Shown here piece after piece: positions 59,578 to 64,000 of a stretch of 64,000 bases of DNA (position 1 is the stretch's first letter; each line of letters opens with the position of its first letter). The stretch spans positions 1,091-65,090 of the forward strand of contig CANPYM010000004.1 in the NCBI GenBank assembly GCA_947588685.1, given 5' to 3'. Made by a program: the position numbers and the translations under genes. The notes beneath the pieces are model-generated. The model did no database searches and was not told the origin of the DNA. It worked only from the letters and a program-made list of their open reading frames with translations. This stretch comes from an uncultured Bacilli bacterium. GTDB lineage: Bacteria > Bacillota_I > Bacilli_A > RF39 > UBA660.

Positions 59578-61290
59578 ATGGAAAAGAAATTAACGGAACA
59601 AGATGTTGTCAATGACTTTTTAAATAATGATTATACACCGGCGGAATTAGCTAGGTATTATGATAAAGTCTTCTTCCCGGGAAGATTAAGTGCTAAAACA
59701 ATTAGTTCCATTTTAAAGACGAGTTTATATGCGAAAGAACATAAAGATGAAATTGCTGCTAAGATGGCCTCTTTAAGTAAAAGAGTCAATAGTGGTAATA
59801 CGGTAACAGTAGAAGAAGTATATCGCCGAATTGATCAAGAATTAAGTAAGATTGTTCACGATGAAAGTCTTATTAATAAACATAATATTATGATGTTACG
59901 TTGTACATATCTTTATATTAGTGGTTATAATTATGCGGAAATATCAAAGATTTTATATTTATCTAAATCAACGGTTTCTAAATATATTGGTGAGGTCTTA
60001 TCTGCTGGATTACTTAATGAGATTACTAAATCTTTACTTCAAGATCGTCGTCAAGATAAGGGTAAATATAATCCAAATCATCTAAATGAAGCTATTTTAA
60101 AAGTTGTCAAAACATTTATTGAAACTGGTGGTGATTATAAAAAAACTATTCAAATTAGTGGTATATCTGATCGAACCTTAACGAGATACTTAGCTCATCC
60201 GGAATTAAAAAGTATTATCGGCGATGAAGCTTTTGAGCAAGTTAAAAGACTTGTTCGACAAAGAAACGTCGAGCAGGCTCACCGCGCTACGGAAGTATCG
60301 ATGCGAAACCAAAATATTCGTACGGCTTTAGCTAAAGCTAAAACACGTAGTAAAAGTCGTCAAGTTTTAGAACTTATGTTATTAGATGGCTTAACCGATC
60401 TTAAAAAAATAGCAGCTTTAGTAGATGTTCCTGAAAGTTATATTTTAAGATTATTAGATAAAACTGAAGAAATAGAATATACATATGGCGAATACGTCTA
60501 TCAAGAACTTTTAATATATAAGAAATCTTTACCAAAAAAGGATATCAATCCTTATGATGATACTAAATTAGATTTAATTAAAGCATATTTAGGTAGCAGG
60601 TATCGTTTAGATGACTTTATGTATGAATATCATCTAGGTACCGAAAACTTACGACAATATTTCTTTGGTAGTGGCAATCCTACTTCTGCTAGTCCCGAAG
60701 AGTGGGAAACGTTAAAAGGATTGGTTGATAATCACATTTCAGAAGTAACTACTATTTATAAACGTTGTCCTCGTGATAAAAGGGTTATTGATCGCTTTGA
60801 TTTAGTAGCTATAGCTGATGAGAAAACTTTCTATGTTACTGATACCGAGTATAAATTGCTTAATAATGTTGCTATGTATTTTGCCTGTGATGGCAATTTA
60901 GGACTATGTGCGGAAAAGTATCATGTCAACTATGCTTTTGCATACAATAGTTTATCCTCACCAATTCTTCAAGTTCTTTTATCAGATGATGCTTACCATC
61001 GTTTGCAGACATATTTAAAATATGAAGATATTATTACTTCCGCCGAACATTTAGCTAATAAAAGAGATTTACTTCGTTTGGTAGTAACGTCTTTAAACAA
61101 TAATAAAGATGATGTGGCTAAAACTCTTGATACTTTTGATATGCCCGTTGAGGTATTAAAACGGTTATTAAAAGATGATGTCGCAACCCAATTATATGCT
61201 TCTGAAGCTGTAGCGCAACTATTAGAACGCGTTGATGCTTATGAGGCATCTCTTAAGGCTAAAGCTAATTCTAAGGAAAAACAAAGATGA
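59578..61290 (+). CDS. hypothetical protein with several HTH-like repeats
   Basis: GYNYAEISKILYLSKSTVSKY, GISDRTLTRYL, LKKIAALVDVPESYI segments. Confidence 0.65.
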   Translation: MEKKLTEQDVVNDFLNNDYTPAELARYYDKVFFPGRLSAKTISSILKTSLYAKEHKDEIAAKMASLSKRVNSGNTVTVEEVYRRIDQELSKIVHDESLINKHNIMMLRCTYLYISGYNYAEISKILYLSKSTVSKYIGEVLSAGLLNEITKSLLQDRRQDKGKYNPNHLNEAILKVVKTFIETGGDYKKTIQISGISDRTLTRYLAHPELKSIIGDEAFEQVKRLVRQRNVEQAHRATEVSMRNQNIRTALAKAKTRSKSRQVLELMLLDGLTDLKKIAALVDVPESYILRLLDKTEEIEYTYGEYVYQELLIYKKSLPKKDINPYDDTKLDLIKAYLGSRYRLDDFMYEYHLGTENLRQYFFGSGNPTSASPEEWETLKGLVDNHISEVTTIYKRCPRDKRVIDRFDLVAIADEKTFYVTDTEYKLLNNVAMYFACDGNLGLCAEKYHVNYAFAYNSLSSPILQVLLSDDAYHRLQTYLKYEDIITSAEHLANKRDLLRLVVTSLNNNKDDVAKTLDTFDMPVEVLKRLLKDDVATQLYASEAVAQLLERVDAYEASLKAKANSKEKQR

Positions 61291-62375
61291 TTAAAGCGTG
61301 TTATATCCATATTCCTTTTTGTAATGATATATGTACATACTGTGATTTTTGTAAGTATTATTATCATAAACCTTGGATTTCTAAGTATTTAGATGCTTTA
61401 GAAAAAGAAATAGATACGTTTTATAAAGGGGAAGAACTAGGCTCTATCTATATTGGTGGGGGAACACCTAGTTCTTTATCTTTAGATGAATTAAAACGTC
61501 TTTTAATGATAACGAAGAAATTGCAAAGGAAAGATGTGGAATTTACTTTTGAAGCTAATATTGAATCTTTAGATGAAGATAAAGTTAAACTTTTAAAAGA
61601 ATATGGTGTTAACCGCATCAGTATTGGTGTTCAAACATTTAATCCTAAATACATTCATTTCTTAAATCGTCATCATACGAAAGATATGGTCAAAGAAAAA
61701 ATCTTAATGATTAAGAAGTATATTACCAATATTAATATTGATCTTATCTATGCTATACCGGGGGAGACACTAGAGGAATTAAAAGAAGATATAGATACTT
61801 TTTTAAGCCTAGATATTCCCCATATTTCAACATATTCTTTAATAATTGAAGATCATACGGCTTTAGCAAACCAACAAATAAAGCCTATTAGTGAGGACGT
61901 GGACTTTGCTATGTATCAGTTAATATGTTCATCATTATCTAATTATGAACATTATGAAATTAGCAATTTTGGTATTCCTTCCAAACATAATCTTACCTAT
62001 TGGAATAATGAAGAATATTATGGCTTTGGCCTTGGTGCGAGTGGTTATGAAGGAAATATTCGCTATACAAACACGAGGAGTTTAAAGCATTACCTAGCGT
62101 CTTGTTATCGCTATCAAAAAGAAGAGTTATCTTTTAATACGATGGTTGAAAATGCTTTTATCCTAGGTCTAAGAAAAATAGCTGGCATTAATAAACAAGA
62201 GTTTCAAAAAAGATACAACATTGATATGACTAAATTACCTAACGTTAAAAAGTTAAAAGAAGAAGGTCATCTATTAGAAGATGAAAATACGATTAAAATT
62301 AATCCTAAAGATATCTATATAAGTAATGATATCTTAATTGATTTTTTAGATTTTAACTACGAAGAGTATCGTTAA
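61287..62375 (+). CDS. hemW: radical SAM heme chaperone HemW-like
   Basis: YIHIPFC...C.YCDF, GGGTPS, HYEISN, HN..YW; lepA-hemW synteny. Confidence 0.92.
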   Translation: MIKACYIHIPFCNDICTYCDFCKYYYHKPWISKYLDALEKEIDTFYKGEELGSIYIGGGTPSSLSLDELKRLLMITKKLQRKDVEFTFEANIESLDEDKVKLLKEYGVNRISIGVQTFNPKYIHFLNRHHTKDMVKEKILMIKKYITNINIDLIYAIPGETLEELKEDIDTFLSLDIPHISTYSLIIEDHTALANQQIKPISEDVDFAMYQLICSSLSNYEHYEISNFGIPSKHNLTYWNNEEYYGFGLGASGYEGNIRYTNTRSLKHYLASCYRYQKEELSFNTMVENAFILGLRKIAGINKQEFQKRYNIDMTKLPNVKKLKEEGHLLEDENTIKINPKDIYISNDILIDFLDFNYEEYR

Positions 62376-62493
62376 GCCATTGAAAATAAAGGGATATTTG
62401 ATAATGATAAAAACTATTTTAAATAGTTTTTATTTTTATATTGACAAGTGTACATCAGACGCATTATAATAATTTTAGAAAGTAGATGAACAT

Positions 62494-63894
62494 ATGAGAA
62501 TAGAACTATTGTGTGGAAAAAATATTGAAGAAAGAATAAAAGCGGTTGCAGCAGCGGGAAAGCTATCAAGGACAAAAGGAAATGTTTTTGATGTTTTAGA
62601 TAGCTGTGAGGTATATGAAAAGAATCTAGGCCTTGTTAAACGTATCATCGGAATGGGCCATAAGTCAATTATGGAACATGACTATTTTGTCTTTGCCTTA
62701 AGTGATGTGACGCCGATTGTTGAACAGACCATTATCAGTTATCGCTTGACATCTTTTACAATCAAATCAGGACGGGAAGTTGACTTTCGAAGTGTCGGCT
62801 ATTATGTACCAACCTTTAAAGATGTAAAGGGAAATATTCTCGAAAATAATGATGAATTGGTAACTAAATACAAAAATCATATGGATTATTTGTTCCAGGA
62901 ATATGGCAAGTTAGTTGACGCTGGTATTAAAGAAGAAGATGCCCGTTTTGTCTTACCATATTCGTTTCATACCAACATTATTATGGGGTTAGATGCTAGA
63001 GAGCTAGACCGTTTAACTAATGAATTATTATTTGGTAAACTTAGTAAAATTGATGAGTTAAAAGAATTAGGTAATTATCTTTTAGATATTATAAAAAAAT
63101 ATATTCCTTATTTAGAAGATCATATTAAGGGCCATGACGTGAGTTCTGATGACTGGTACGATGCCTACCGAACGCAAGGTAAGATTAAACCTTATGATAA
63201 AGTAGAACTTACTTATTATACGCCCAAGGTCGATGATGTTATCATTGAAAGTACGATTATGTATCATGAACAGGTAACGAAAAAAGAAGCTCATCAAATC
63301 TTATTAAAATTAAAAAAGAAAGACCCAATGGTTATGGCTAAGATGATGGATGATATTAAGCACTCTAATGAACAAAGAGAGTTAGAACAAGTTCATTTTC
63401 AATTTACCATTCCTATTTCTTTAATTGTTTTAAAGCATTTAACCCGTCACCGTATGCAGTCTTTGCTTATTCCAACTTTTGTGCCAATGTGGGATTTAGA
63501 TAATTACGTTATCCCACCAAGTATTCGTAAAAGTCATTTAAAACATTATAAGGAAGTTCAAAAAAGAAATCTTGATGTTTATAACACCTTTAAAGAAGCA
63601 GGTGTTCGTGATGAAGATTTAATTTATTTTTATCTATGTGGGACAGCCGTTAATGTTATGACGGATATGAACGCGAGATCTCTAGAATGGATAAGTAGAA
63701 TGCGCTGCTGTACAAAAGCCCAGTGGGAAATTAGGGCTATTGTTAGTGAAATGGTTAAATTAGTAGGGGAAGTTGCGCCTTTATATAAGAACCTTTTAGG
63801 AGCTAGCTGTATAGCTTTAGGATATTGTCCAGAGGGTAAAGAAAGCTGTGGCCTTATTAATCGTTTGGAGGAGAAAAAATGCAAGGAAAATTAA
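62494..63894 (+). CDS. thyX: FAD-dependent thymidylate synthase, tandem double-domain form
   Basis: GHKSIMEH, EDARFVLP, LTRHR, MNAR, R.C..AQWEIR motifs. Confidence 0.88.
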   Translation: MRIELLCGKNIEERIKAVAAAGKLSRTKGNVFDVLDSCEVYEKNLGLVKRIIGMGHKSIMEHDYFVFALSDVTPIVEQTIISYRLTSFTIKSGREVDFRSVGYYVPTFKDVKGNILENNDELVTKYKNHMDYLFQEYGKLVDAGIKEEDARFVLPYSFHTNIIMGLDARELDRLTNELLFGKLSKIDELKELGNYLLDIIKKYIPYLEDHIKGHDVSSDDWYDAYRTQGKIKPYDKVELTYYTPKVDDVIIESTIMYHEQVTKKEAHQILLKLKKKDPMVMAKMMDDIKHSNEQRELEQVHFQFTIPISLIVLKHLTRHRMQSLLIPTFVPMWDLDNYVIPPSIRKSHLKHYKEVQKRNLDVYNTFKEAGVRDEDLIYFYLCGTAVNVMTDMNARSLEWISRMRCCTKAQWEIRAIVSEMVKLVGEVAPLYKNLLGASCIALGYCPEGKESCGLINRLEEKKCKEN

Positions 63895-64000
63895 TTCTTA
63901 TTGAGGGAACGGATTGCTCTGGTAAAGAGACACAAGCTAAATTATTATGCGAATATTTAAATAGCAAAGGAATAAAGACAGAATTGATAGGTTTTCCTGA
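63879..64000 (+). CDS. tmk: thymidylate kinase (5' partial)
   Basis: MQGKLILIEGTDCSGKETQ...FP; GGAGG RBS; follows thyX. Confidence 0.85.
   Translation, partial: MQGKLILIEGTDCSGKETQAKLLCEYLNSKGIKTELIGFP

Noticed and set aside
6308-63884. Short ORF-track entries antisense to or nested in long genes (e.g. 6308, 13523, 23814, 32243, 35477, 42310, 48176, 51071, 56292, 63630)
   Set aside because: Shadow ORFs of well-supported genes, with no RBS or recognisable motifs.
1-64000. Mollicute-style TGA=Trp recoding
   Set aside because: Conserved Trp positions use TGG and several full-length genes end in TGA (tsaE, tsaB, GT2).

Overview
AT-rich chromosomal segment of a low-GC, reduced-genome Bacilli-like bacterium. 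Gene content and style suggest an RF39-type gut lineage (inference). Genetic code 11, TGA used as stop. The housekeeping backbone (tsaE-tsaB-rimI-tsaD, trpS, rplM-rpsI, rpmB, dnaE, sepF-divIVA-ileS, lepA, hemW, thyX, tmk) is interleaved with orphan genes and cell-envelope/sporulation genes. An accessory stretch (~27.6-41.6 kb) carries a putative nuclease-HTH-miniSepF operon, a standalone HEPN gene and a complete compact type II-A CRISPR-Cas locus. That locus has a 1082-aa Cas9 with a Cys4 zinc-ribbon HNH, a very short tracrRNA between cas9 and cas1, cas1, cas2, a csn2-like gene, and 5 repeats with 4 spacers. Other notable signals: a 23-bp perfect inverted repeat enclosing an outward-facing promoter in front of a 2411-aa vWA adhesin (candidate phase-variable inverton, OFF state), an IleRS2 with a non-canonical GLHH motif under an apparently translational T-box, and a probable bile-acid 3alpha-HSDH. 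No rRNA, tRNA, transposase or recombinase gene was seen.
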